DNA of 64,000 nt from contig PHAO01000001.1 of NCBI GenBank assembly GCA_002840365.1, positions 239,242-303,241 on the forward strand. The letters are read 5' to 3'. A model generated the notes under the pieces. That model searched no databases. It saw only the letters and a list, made by a program, of their open reading frames with translations, and was not told the origin of the DNA. This stretch comes from Candidatus Dojkabacteria bacterium HGW-Dojkabacteria-1 (GTDB taxonomy: Bacteria; Patescibacteriota; Dojkabacteria; SC72). Positions 10,165 through 18,602 of the stretch are shown piece after piece. The number at the start of each line of letters is the position of its first letter. Position 1 is the stretch's first letter. The translations under genes were made by a program, and so were the position numbers.

Positions 10165-10779
10165 ATGAGGGATATTGTAACTGTAATAAAGTCGGTTAAT
10201 TACTCAGAAGCAGATAAAGTGCTTACTGTTTTTGGTAAAAGCATAGGTAAGTTTGCTCTCTTTGCAAAAGGTATTAGAAAGATTAATAGTAAGAATAGGG
10301 GGAATATGCAAACTCTTTGTACTAGTGAAATATCCTTCTATGAGGGTAAGGGTTTACCTGTACTGACAGAATCACAGCTAATACACTCTCCTAATACAGA
10401 TGTTCTAAAGGACAGAGTCGAGAATCTAAACAGAGTTTTAGTTATGCTTAATCGTATCCTTGCAGAATATGATTCTAATGAAAAGGTTTTTGAGATGTTG
10501 CAAAGCGTCTTAAAGAAGGATTTCAATATTGAATCTGTTAACAGATTCCGAGTAATCTTTCTTAAAGAGATGGGTTTTTTGCAAGATTTTTCTAAGTGTA
10601 ATATCTGTGGTAATGAGAAAGATTTAAGATATATTGATGTTTCTAACTTTGCCCTTCTTTGTAAAAACTGTTACATTAATGTAGGAAAGTGCTATGAATT
10701 AGGTGATAATCCATATACAGAGGAATTCTTTACACAGGCTTTGGATATATATGTTAAGAAAGTAATTGAAGAGATATAG
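10165..10779 (+). CDS. recO: DNA repair protein RecO
   Basis: N-terminal OB-fold-like region; C-terminal CNICGN ... CKNC zinc-binding CxxC-N-CxxC; size 204 aa. Confidence 0.7.
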   Translation: MRDIVTVIKSVNYSEADKVLTVFGKSIGKFALFAKGIRKINSKNRGNMQTLCTSEISFYEGKGLPVLTESQLIHSPNTDVLKDRVENLNRVLVMLNRILAEYDSNEKVFEMLQSVLKKDFNIESVNRFRVIFLKEMGFLQDFSKCNICGNEKDLRYIDVSNFALLCKNCYINVGKCYELGDNPYTEEFFTQALDIYVKKVIEEI

Positions 10780-10781
10780 CT

Positions 10782-12845
10782 ATGAGAATTAAAACTGCCA
10801 TATTACAATTCTGTCTTCTTGTATCTCTTTTTCTTTTTGTTCCCAATATATATGCTCAATTACAAGAAGATGTTGTTGTTACAGCAAATATTAATGTAGA
10901 TTTTTACTCCACAGTAAATGTTAATCCTTCAACGGTAGAAATATTTCAACCTAGTATCGTAGAGATAAGGGTACTTAATCCTAATGGTCAGGGTATACCT
11001 GGAAGACAGATAGTGATTGTTGCTCCTGGATTAAATATTACCCAACCTATTACACTTACTGATGCAACTGGTAGGACAACAGGTTCTGTCTCTAGTGGTA
11101 CTGCAGGAACATATACTGTCTGTGCAAAGGATACTACCTTTGGCTATGACATTGATATACAAAACTGTAAAACCTTGTATGTAATTCCTGTACCAGTTCC
11201 AAGTATGCTTCCTGAGCCACAGTATACAAAGGGTTTAACTAATACTGTTTTATGGCAAAGTTTAGGTACTGCATATAGGTACAATGTTCAGGTTAGTGAA
11301 TTTTCAAACTTTAGCGTAATTAAGCAGGAGTCAGGAGTTATTAATGCTACATCTTTTGAGTTTACAAATCTTGAAAATGGAAAGATGTACTTTTACAGAG
11401 TAAGGGCTCAAAATCTCTTTGGTGGTATAGGTGGGTGGTCTAATTCTGTATATAGTGTTCAAGATGCACAAAATCCATCTATCTCCATATTAGATATTGG
11501 TGGTGTTGGAGAAAATACTACTAACAATTGGAGTAGTAGTTTTACAATTACAATGCTTTTCAGGGTTACAGATAACCTGCAATTAGCTAGTACTCAATTC
11601 ATATGTCTTAATTCCCAAGGTAATTCATATCCTTGTACAAATAGCTCTAATCAAGAAGGAGATATATTTACTGTAAATATTAGGTTAGGTGATTTAGAGA
11701 GAATCTCAGGTACATTCCTAAGGCAGAGATATGAGTTCTGTGTAGAGGCCGTAGATGGTGCTACAAATGTTCAAAGGTTGTGTAATATATATATTGATAT
11801 TCCTCCGGGTGAAGAGGTTGTAGAGCCTCCTGTAGTCCCTCCAATTATCAAACGAGTAGAGAAGGTAATAGAGGATATTAATGTAATATTAGATGATACT
11901 GTTGGTAAGTTAGATCCTAAGGATTTGGATAGGGTAACTACAACTACTTCTGTTGTTACTGCTACTTCCGCAATCGCTATTGCTGCTGGTGGTTTAGGTA
12001 GTCTTCCATATTTCCTTCTTCAGCTATTCCTTAATCTTCTTTCTTTACTTGGATTTAGAAAGGGTGCTAAGCCTGTTGGTTTTGTATATGACTCTGTTAC
12101 TAAAGAGCCAATTTCTCAAGCTATTGTTAGAATCTTTAATGAAGAGAGTCGTATTGTATGGTCAGATGTAACTGATGGTAAAGGATATTTTACGGCTAGA
12201 TTAAAGGATGGTAAGTACAAGATTGTAGTAAGAGCGCCAAGATATATATATCCTTCTACTGTAGTATTTGGTAAAGAAGATTATCCTGTTACCAATGTCT
12301 ATCATGGTGAAGAGTTTGTTGTATCAAGTGAGACAGAAATCAATTTTGCTATTCCTCTTGATCCAATGGAAACATCAAAGTTAAGACTTAGATTAGAAGG
12401 TTTCTGGACTAGAGTTAGGTTCATAGTGAACATTTTACATGTTCTTCTTTTCCTTGCTGGTATTACTTTAGCTTTCTATACATATTACAATTCACCGTCT
12501 GTTCTTTCATTGGTAGTACTTCTTCTGTTTGTTCCAACTTTCTTCTTCATATTAAGAAATATCTTCTTACACAGGGACAGGTATGGATTTGTTTTAGACA
12601 AAGCAAAGAATCGTTTGGAGGGAGTAGTCATTGGTCTAAGAGAGTCTGAGTTTGACAAGATTGTTGCAAAGAGAGTAACAGATGTAAGAGGTAGGTATAG
12701 GTTCCTTGCTGATGAGGGTAGATATTACATTGAGATTTTAGATACTGGTTACAAGGTAGAGAGTATTAAGGGTGGTAATGAGGTATATGTTAAGAAGGAG
12801 ATGTTGGTTACAAGGGATATTGTTCTTACAAGGTTATCTAAGTAG
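10782..12845 (+). CDS. secreted surface protein: signal peptide, Fn3-like domain, C-terminal TM + carboxypeptidase-regulatory-like beta-sandwich + TM segments
   Basis: N-terminal signal peptide ending IYAQ; YFYRVRAQNLFGGIGGWS Fn3 signature; C-terminal GFRKGAKPVGFVYDSVTKEPISQAIVRI ... EDYPVTNVYHGEEF module paralogous to the C-terminus of the 2203-aa protein. Confidence 0.7.
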   Translation: MRIKTAILQFCLLVSLFLFVPNIYAQLQEDVVVTANINVDFYSTVNVNPSTVEIFQPSIVEIRVLNPNGQGIPGRQIVIVAPGLNITQPITLTDATGRTTGSVSSGTAGTYTVCAKDTTFGYDIDIQNCKTLYVIPVPVPSMLPEPQYTKGLTNTVLWQSLGTAYRYNVQVSEFSNFSVIKQESGVINATSFEFTNLENGKMYFYRVRAQNLFGGIGGWSNSVYSVQDAQNPSISILDIGGVGENTTNNWSSSFTITMLFRVTDNLQLASTQFICLNSQGNSYPCTNSSNQEGDIFTVNIRLGDLERISGTFLRQRYEFCVEAVDGATNVQRLCNIYIDIPPGEEVVEPPVVPPIIKRVEKVIEDINVILDDTVGKLDPKDLDRVTTTTSVVTATSAIAIAAGGLGSLPYFLLQLFLNLLSLLGFRKGAKPVGFVYDSVTKEPISQAIVRIFNEESRIVWSDVTDGKGYFTARLKDGKYKIVVRAPRYIYPSTVVFGKEDYPVTNVYHGEEFVVSSETEINFAIPLDPMETSKLRLRLEGFWTRVRFIVNILHVLLFLAGITLAFYTYYNSPSVLSLVVLLLFVPTFFFILRNIFLHRDRYGFVLDKAKNRLEGVVIGLRESEFDKIVAKRVTDVRGRYRFLADEGRYYIEILDTGYKVESIKGGNEVYVKKEMLVTRDIVLTRLSK

Positions 12846-12900
12846 TTTGTATTGAAAAATCTTTAATCTACTGGTATTATTGCGTGTTTAACACTAACGT

Positions 12901-12973
12901 GGGTGTATAGCTCAATTGGTAGAGCAAACGGCTCTTAACCGTTAGGTTCAGGGTTCGAGCCCCTGTACACCCA
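12901..12973 (+). tRNA. tRNA-Lys (anticodon CTT)
   Basis: Canonical 73-nt cloverleaf: GGGTGTA acceptor, AACGG/CCGTT anticodon stem, loop CTCTTAA, T-arm CAGGG-TTCGAGC-CCCTG. Confidence 0.85.
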
Positions 12974-13115
12974 TTTTTTTGATTTTCCATATCTCATACA
13001 GAATATCTTACATCGAGTGATCCTTTGGGGTTTTATGTTAATGATTTCCCTTTCTAGTTATTGTTTAAGCACAATCTTGTAGGATTTTTTACAGGTCTAT
13101 ATAATATAGTGTTCT

Positions 13116-13127
13116 TTAACAGGTCGA
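13116..13127. repeat. left arm of a 12-bp perfect inverted repeat TTAACAGGTCGA flanking the small ORF 13158..13367 (right arm at 13378..13389)
   Basis: Exact reverse-complement match 251 nt apart. Confidence 0.8.
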
Positions 13128-13157
13128 GAAAAAAGCTACAAAGAAGAGGAGTGTAAA

Positions 13158-13367
13158 ATGGGCGATAGAAAAGTTACAAGTGAAACGGTAAAAGGATCAG
13201 AAGTGTCAGGTGGTCCAGTTCGGTATGATAGGTCTGTAACTACCAATAAAGATGGTTCAACGCACTCAACAGAATCGGTAACTACGGAAAGAAGTAGTGG
13301 AAGATTTTCGTGGGATACTGATAAGAATGGTAAAGTTACCAAAGTTCATGGAAACATGAATAAGTGA
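13158..13367 (+). CDS. small hydrophilic Thr/Ser/Asp/Lys-rich protein (69 aa), GC-richer than its surroundings
   Basis: Strong RBS AGGAG 7 nt upstream of ATG; flanked by the 12-bp inverted repeat; composition differs from neighbouring genes. Confidence 0.45.
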   Translation: MGDRKVTSETVKGSEVSGGPVRYDRSVTTNKDGSTHSTESVTTERSSGRFSWDTDKNGKVTKVHGNMNK

Positions 13368-13377
13368 TTTGTAAAAA

Positions 13378-13389
13378 TCGACCTGTTAA
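13378..13389. repeat. right arm TCGACCTGTTAA of the inverted repeat pair
   Basis: Reverse complement of 13116..13127. Confidence 0.8.
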
Positions 13390-13460
13390 TGGTAAGGAGA
13401 GATCAAAATCTCAGTATAATCTCTCCTTACCAGTTTTATCTAAATTTTCAGGTTATTAAA

Positions 13461-13697
13461 ATGACTTTTACCCATAAAAAGGATGGGAATCTTCTTTACG
13501 AGATAGAAATCACTATTAAAGCTTATACTAAGATCTCAGAAAAGGATAAAAAAAGAATCAATAAGATTGCTCTATTAATTGATGCATTAGGTTTTGAAGA
13601 AGAGAGAACAGAAAAAGCATATAGATTTGTCAAAGAGATGGAGAAGAATGAATATCTATTGGATATTGAAGATTGTACTAAGGAACAAAGTGACTAG
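13461..13697 (+). CDS. hypothetical small protein; start chosen at MTFTHKK, though the ORF is open from 13389
   Basis: ORF only, no motifs; start ambiguous. Confidence 0.3.
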   Translation: MTFTHKKDGNLLYEIEITIKAYTKISEKDKKRINKIALLIDALGFEEERTEKAYRFVKEMEKNEYLLDIEDCTKEQSD

Positions 13698-13881
13698 TGA
13701 ATTTATACTCTCAAGATTTTGCAAATTGTTCGACTTCTGTTCCTGTACATCCACCATTTGATTCTTGTTATACTCGTATGTAGGTTGGTTGAGAGGTGGG
13801 GAAGCTCTCCTAGTTATCTTCTATAACTTGCGATGTGAAGCATCTATGGATTATGTCCTGAAGCGGTTCAAGTCCTACAAC

Positions 13882-14340
13882 CTACAACAAGCAATAACTC
13901 TTCCTATCTATATATTCCTGTTCTTCTTGAAGTAGTAGATATTTGTTCTCCTGTAATTCCTTATACAGTTCTCCTCTTGTATATTCCTTTATACTTAGTG
14001 GTACCTGTTCTTTAGTACTGTACCACTCTCCACTTTTCTCTAGATATTTCCAATCAGTATTCTCAGTATCAAATTCATAGATATATACCTTTTCACCAAG
14101 ATATTCATCCTTTATCTTCCTATCTACTTTTACAGTAATGATTTCTGAGTTATTTGTAGTACTAGATGAGAATGATGATATCCCACTAAATACTGCAAAT
14201 ATCTTAGCTTTTAATTCGATATCTGTTGCAAAGATTACACCTTTTGGAGTAGGAGTAGGAAATTTATGATAGTCATCTGGGTGAACAATTTGAGGTTCAA
14301 ATGGGTTTAAGTAAAATCTACTACCTTTATATATTTTCAT
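13882..14340 (-). CDS. hypothetical protein immediately downstream of, and probably co-transcribed with, the Elp3-like gene
   Basis: 152-aa ORF, 3-nt gap from 14343..15938 on the same strand. Confidence 0.45.
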   Translation of the reverse strand: MKIYKGSRFYLNPFEPQIVHPDDYHKFPTPTPKGVIFATDIELKAKIFAVFSGISSFSSSTTNNSEIITVKVDRKIKDEYLGEKVYIYEFDTENTDWKYLEKSGEWYSTKEQVPLSIKEYTRGELYKELQENKYLLLQEEQEYIDRKSYCLL

Positions 14341-14342
14341 TT

Positions 14343-15938
14343 CTATATATCTTTTATCATATACAATTCCATATCATCAAACCCTCTTTTTCTGTAATAT
14401 TCTTTTGTACCAATAGCTGATATTACAGAAAGCTTTTTGAATTTGTTTTTTCTAGAAATATTCTCTGCAATCTCTATCATCTTCTTACCTAATCCTAGGT
14501 GTTGTGATTCTCCAGAACTATCTTTACCAATATTTACTAAAGAGCCATATACATGTACTTCCCTTATCATTGCACTACTTTTTATCTCCTCTATGTATGA
14601 GTCTCTTTTTGGTAATGAGAGTCTGAGGAAGGAACATATTCTATCTGTTTTTTGGGTTTTGTAAGAAATGAAATACTCTGTTGAGACAGTAGTTTGGTAT
14701 TTAATAGTTTCTAGTTCTAAATCTTCCCACTTTATATCCTCATCCTTTATCTCTCTACTTCTAATATCTTGTATCTTTTTACCAACTCTCTCTATCTCTT
14801 CTTCTGCTATTTGTCTAAAGTTGGTACTTTTGTTTCCATCCACTATCTCATTAGAAGGAATATCCCTAACTATTCTTGTTAGTCTTGTATATCTTGGTGT
14901 CTTGGGTAATATTTCTACAAAGAGTTTAAGTAGCTCTTCTCTTGTATATGGTTTGTAGTTACCTTCTTTGTAATATTTCTCTAAAAGTGTATTTGCAATT
15001 ATTGATGTAGGATATATCTTAAGTTCATCTGGTATATATTCTTTCTTCCAAAGCCTATCATAGTCTTTTATATCTTCTTTTACACTTGAGCCATACAAAT
15101 TTGGCATCCAATGGGCATGTATTTTAAAACCTGCCAACCGAAGTAATTCGAAAGCCTTCTTCGTTTCTTTTGTACTGTGTCCTCTTCTATTTGATTCTAA
15201 GATATTGTCATTGAGACTCTGTATCCCTATCTGTATCTTTGTTGCACCAAGTTTTCTTAATCTAATTACTTCCTCTTCCGTTATGTAATCTGGTCTTGTT
15301 TCTAATACTAGTCCTACATTTCTACATACAGTTGTTTCATTTATTCCTTGTGCTTTATACAATTCTTCCCAAGATATTTTCTCTGTACCCGTATCTTTCT
15401 CATACTTTGTATTACCAAAGCTATTCATTCCATCGAAACATCTTTTTACAAACCAAATTATGTACTGTTCAGGATAGAAGGAGCAAGTACCACCAAGTAT
15501 AATGAGTTCTATTTTATCTGTGTTATGTCCAATGTTTTGTAATGCCTTTATACGATTGTATGTTTGGTAGTAGGGGTCAAACTCATTCTTTAATGCTCTC
15601 TGTGCTCCTGGCTCACTAGCTATATATGACTTTGGCATTCTTACATCACTTGGACAGAATATACATTGCCCAGGGCATGCAAAGGGTTTCATAAGGACTG
15701 TTACTGTTGCTACACCAGATTGAGTTCTAGTTGGTTTCATCCTTATTCTTTCTTCTATTATTTTGTTTACTTCTATTTCTTTCTTTTTGAGTAATGTTTT
15801 GTATGCTTCTACTAGTTCATCATGTCTGTAAAGCCCTTTTCCCTCTTTTGGATATTTCTTAAGTATGGTTTGAAGGGAGTTTTCTCTCCATGTTTTAGTA
15901 TTTTGTATTTGTTCAAATATTTCTTTGAAATTTTGCAT
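14343..15938 (-). CDS. Elp3-like radical SAM / GNAT acetyltransferase (elongator protein 3 homologue; putative tRNA U34 modification enzyme)
   Basis: CPGQCIFCP (CxxxCxxC radical-SAM cluster) near the N-terminus after an Elp3-like leader; C-terminal HLGLGKKMIE ... YYRKRGF GNAT-like motif; 531 aa matches Elp3 size. Confidence 0.75.
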   Translation of the reverse strand: MQNFKEIFEQIQNTKTWRENSLQTILKKYPKEGKGLYRHDELVEAYKTLLKKKEIEVNKIIEERIRMKPTRTQSGVATVTVLMKPFACPGQCIFCPSDVRMPKSYIASEPGAQRALKNEFDPYYQTYNRIKALQNIGHNTDKIELIILGGTCSFYPEQYIIWFVKRCFDGMNSFGNTKYEKDTGTEKISWEELYKAQGINETTVCRNVGLVLETRPDYITEEEVIRLRKLGATKIQIGIQSLNDNILESNRRGHSTKETKKAFELLRLAGFKIHAHWMPNLYGSSVKEDIKDYDRLWKKEYIPDELKIYPTSIIANTLLEKYYKEGNYKPYTREELLKLFVEILPKTPRYTRLTRIVRDIPSNEIVDGNKSTNFRQIAEEEIERVGKKIQDIRSREIKDEDIKWEDLELETIKYQTTVSTEYFISYKTQKTDRICSFLRLSLPKRDSYIEEIKSSAMIREVHVYGSLVNIGKDSSGESQHLGLGKKMIEIAENISRKNKFKKLSVISAIGTKEYYRKRGFDDMELYMIKDI

Positions 15939-15995
15939 CGTGTATTATACTGGTAAACCCTAGTCTAACAGAAGAGCTTTATGTAGAGGTTTTTT

Positions 15996-16013
15996 AGTAG
16001 ACTAGGGTCTACT
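15996..16013. repeat. near-palindrome AGTAGACTAGGGTCTACT overlapping the TAG stop (minus strand) of the flavoprotein gene; second copy of the 10103 element
   Basis: 7-bp arms AGTAGAC/GTCTACT with a 4-nt spacer; complementary CCCTAGTCTA lies at 15958..15967. Confidence 0.75.
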
Positions 16014-17228
16014 TCTTGCGGCAGTAATTCCTGTACTCCAACATATTTGTAAGTTGTATCCTCCTGTTGGGCCATAGACATCTATTATCTCTCCTGCAAA
16101 GTAGAGGTTATCTATGAGTTTGGATTTCATAGTTTTAGGATCTATTTCCTTTATACTTACTCCTCCACTAGTTACGATTGCCTTGTCCCAGCTTTCTAGT
16201 CCTGATACTGTTAATTTGAAATCCTTAAGTAAGTCTATTATGGTATTCCTTTGTTCCCTGTTTATATCACATGCTTGAGTTGAGGGGGGTATTTGAGAAA
16301 GATCTACAACGATGGGGATTAGAGAAGATGGAAGGTAGCTTTTAAGTAGGGTTCTTAAGTTTTTTCTACCACTTTCTTTTAAATCATGTTGCAACCTTTT
16401 GTCTAATTCTTCCTTTGGTATTGCTGGTTTAAAATCTATACTGATATTTACTTCCCCTTTTTCAAGTGCATCTCCAATCTCTCTAGACATATCAATCACT
16501 ATCGGACCACTTAATCCTTCGTGTGTGAAAAGGGCTTCTCCAAATTTACTACATACCTTTTTCTCATTTTGATATGCAGAAATAGTAACGTATTTAAGAG
16601 ATAGTCCTGCTAATTCTTTTACATATTTTTCTTTACAAAGTATTGGTACTAGAGCTGGTTTAAGCTCTGTAATTGTATGCCCTATTTCTTTTGCTAGAGT
16701 ATATCCATCTCCATTTGATCCTGTTACTGGGTATGTTTTTCCTCCTGTTGCAAGAATATATTTTTTTGCTTTGAAGTCTCCCTTGTATGTAGTTACCGAT
16801 GAGATTGTATTTCCATCCATATTGAATTTCATTACTGAAGTATTTGGTAATATGTTTTCTCCTACCTGTTCAGTTAATGCATATATGATGTCTACAGCCT
16901 TATCACTTTTAGGAAATACTCTTTTTCCTCTTTCTACCTTTAAGGGTATCTTAAGTATATCTTTGAAATATTTCATAGTATCTTCTACTGAAAATCTTGA
17001 AAAAGCTCCGTAGAGAAATTTTCCATTTCTTTGATATTTGGAGACTAAATCATCAAGATTTGTATTATGGTTTGTTACATTACATCTTCCTTTACCAGTA
17101 ATTACTAACTTTTTCCCTGGTCTCGGATTTCTTTCTATGATTAAGAATGATTGTCCTAATCTTTTACACTCAACTCCTGCGATGAGTCCTGCTGCTCCCC
17201 CTCCAATTATTATTGTGTCATATGTCAT
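16002..17228 (-). CDS. HI0933/BaiN-family FAD-dependent oxidoreductase
   Basis: N-terminal YDTIIIGGGAAGLIAG Rossmann dinucleotide fold and KGRCNVTN, typical of the HI0933 family. Confidence 0.75.
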   Translation of the reverse strand: MTYDTIIIGGGAAGLIAGVECKRLGQSFLIIERNPRPGKKLVITGKGRCNVTNHNTNLDDLVSKYQRNGKFLYGAFSRFSVEDTMKYFKDILKIPLKVERGKRVFPKSDKAVDIIYALTEQVGENILPNTSVMKFNMDGNTISSVTTYKGDFKAKKYILATGGKTYPVTGSNGDGYTLAKEIGHTITELKPALVPILCKEKYVKELAGLSLKYVTISAYQNEKKVCSKFGEALFTHEGLSGPIVIDMSREIGDALEKGEVNISIDFKPAIPKEELDKRLQHDLKESGRKNLRTLLKSYLPSSLIPIVVDLSQIPPSTQACDINREQRNTIIDLLKDFKLTVSGLESWDKAIVTSGGVSIKEIDPKTMKSKLIDNLYFAGEIIDVYGPTGGYNLQICWSTGITAARSRP

Positions 17229-17299
17229 TGTCTATTATACAATTGCCTGTAATTAATATATATATTAAAATCTACAAATTAACTTGTATTGATACATGC

Positions 17300-17896
17300 A
17301 TGCTAGCTAAAAACAAAGAGAAGACACTTGTAGTATTTAAACCAGATGTTGTTCAAAGGCAGATAGTTGGAGAGATTGTAAGTAGGTTCGAGAGAAAGGG
17401 TTTTAAACTTGTAGGAATGAAGATGTTAATACCTAGTAAAGAATTAGTAGGTAAGCATTATGAAGACAAGAAAGAATATCTAATGGAAACAGGAGAGAAG
17501 GCTAAAAAGGGTGCTATCGCAAGAGGAGAGGATGTAAGTGATTGGAACAGTTTGGAAAGGGGTAGGTGGATTAGAGAATCAAATATTAACTATCTTACGT
17601 GTGGTCCTGTTATAGCGATTGTTCTTCAAGGTTTTGGAGTTATTTCAGGAGTCAGAAAGATGCTTGGTAGTACAAGCCCAGCTGATGGTGATGTAGGTAC
17701 AATTAGGGCAGATTTTTCTTTAGATTCATTTGCATTAGCAGATGAGCAAGGGAGAGTTACAAGGAGTATGGTTCATGCTTCAGATAGTGTTGAGAATGCT
17801 GAAAGGGAAATTGGCCTATGGTTTAATGCTACTGAGATTTCTGAGTATGAGACTGCTGCAGAGAAAATCTTCTATGATGTAGGTTGGAGTAATTAG
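17300..17896 (+). CDS. ndk: nucleoside diphosphate kinase (with insertions); start refined to MLAKNKEK
   Basis: LVVFKPDVVQRQIVGEIVSRFERKGFKLVGMKM matches the NDK N-terminal signature. Confidence 0.7.
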   Translation: MLAKNKEKTLVVFKPDVVQRQIVGEIVSRFERKGFKLVGMKMLIPSKELVGKHYEDKKEYLMETGEKAKKGAIARGEDVSDWNSLERGRWIRESNINYLTCGPVIAIVLQGFGVISGVRKMLGSTSPADGDVGTIRADFSLDSFALADEQGRVTRSMVHASDSVENAEREIGLWFNATEISEYETAAEKIFYDVGWSN

Positions 17897-18546
17897 AGTT
17901 TAAGAAGGTCATCAACAAGGTTTTGTTTTTCTGTACTTAAGGTTGTATCTATTTCTTCAGATTCAAACTTTTGTATTTGTATTTTTCCATCTAGGAAATT
18001 TTTTAGTCTTTCGAAGTCTTTTTTTAAAGTAGATTTAAGAGTAGGGTTATACAAAGCTACAGCTGGATGATACATTGCAAATATTGGTATACCCGTACTA
18101 TGTTCATATGCTTGTCCATGAGCAAGTGAGATTTTCAAATCAGGTATGAATCGCTCTAATGCATGTTTACCAAGAGGAATAATGACCTTTGGCTTTATAT
18201 GTAACAATTCAGCATTTACCCATGTTCTACAAGCATCTTTTTCTTCAGGAAGGGGGTCTCTGTTATTAGGGGGTCTGTATTTAACTACATTTGTGACATA
18301 TACATCTTCTCTTTTGTATCCAATATTACTTAGTAATTGATCTAGTAATTTCCCCGCTGCTCCTACAAATGGTTTTCCTTCTTTGTCTTCATTTAAACCA
18401 GGGGCTTCCCCTATGAACACTATTCCGGACTTTGGTTTTTGTGTTTCATATACTGGTTGTGTAGCACTTCTTTTTAGAATACACCTGTTATGTACTGCGA
18501 AGTACTCATGTATTTCTTTCAGTGATTTAAAGTCTTCTATTTTCAT
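17893..18546 (-). CDS. uracil-DNA glycosylase, family 4
   Basis: GEAPGLNEDKEGKPFVGAAGKLLD, the family-4 UDG GE(A/G)PG ... F.G..G motif. Confidence 0.8.
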   Translation of the reverse strand: MKIEDFKSLKEIHEYFAVHNRCILKRSATQPVYETQKPKSGIVFIGEAPGLNEDKEGKPFVGAAGKLLDQLLSNIGYKREDVYVTNVVKYRPPNNRDPLPEEKDACRTWVNAELLHIKPKVIIPLGKHALERFIPDLKISLAHGQAYEHSTGIPIFAMYHPAVALYNPTLKSTLKKDFERLKNFLDGKIQIQKFESEEIDTTLSTEKQNLVDDLLKL

Positions 18547-18602
18547 CTCCCCATTATACCAATTAAGATTGAGTAAGTTTTGTAGTATAATGGGCGAGTT
18601 AA

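Noticed and set aside
12974-13115. Possible small RNA or attenuator between tRNA-Lys and the IR-flanked ORF
   Set aside because: Only a T-run after the tRNA and AT-rich sequence with no convincing stable structure or conserved motif that I could identify by eye.
13861-13895. GGTTCAAGTCC T-arm-like sequence, looked like a possible tRNA or a tRNA 3' fragment marking an integration site
   Set aside because: No complementary T-stem, acceptor stem or anticodon arm can be formed around it. The 11-12 nt match to the T-arm of the UUA tRNA is short enough to be chance.
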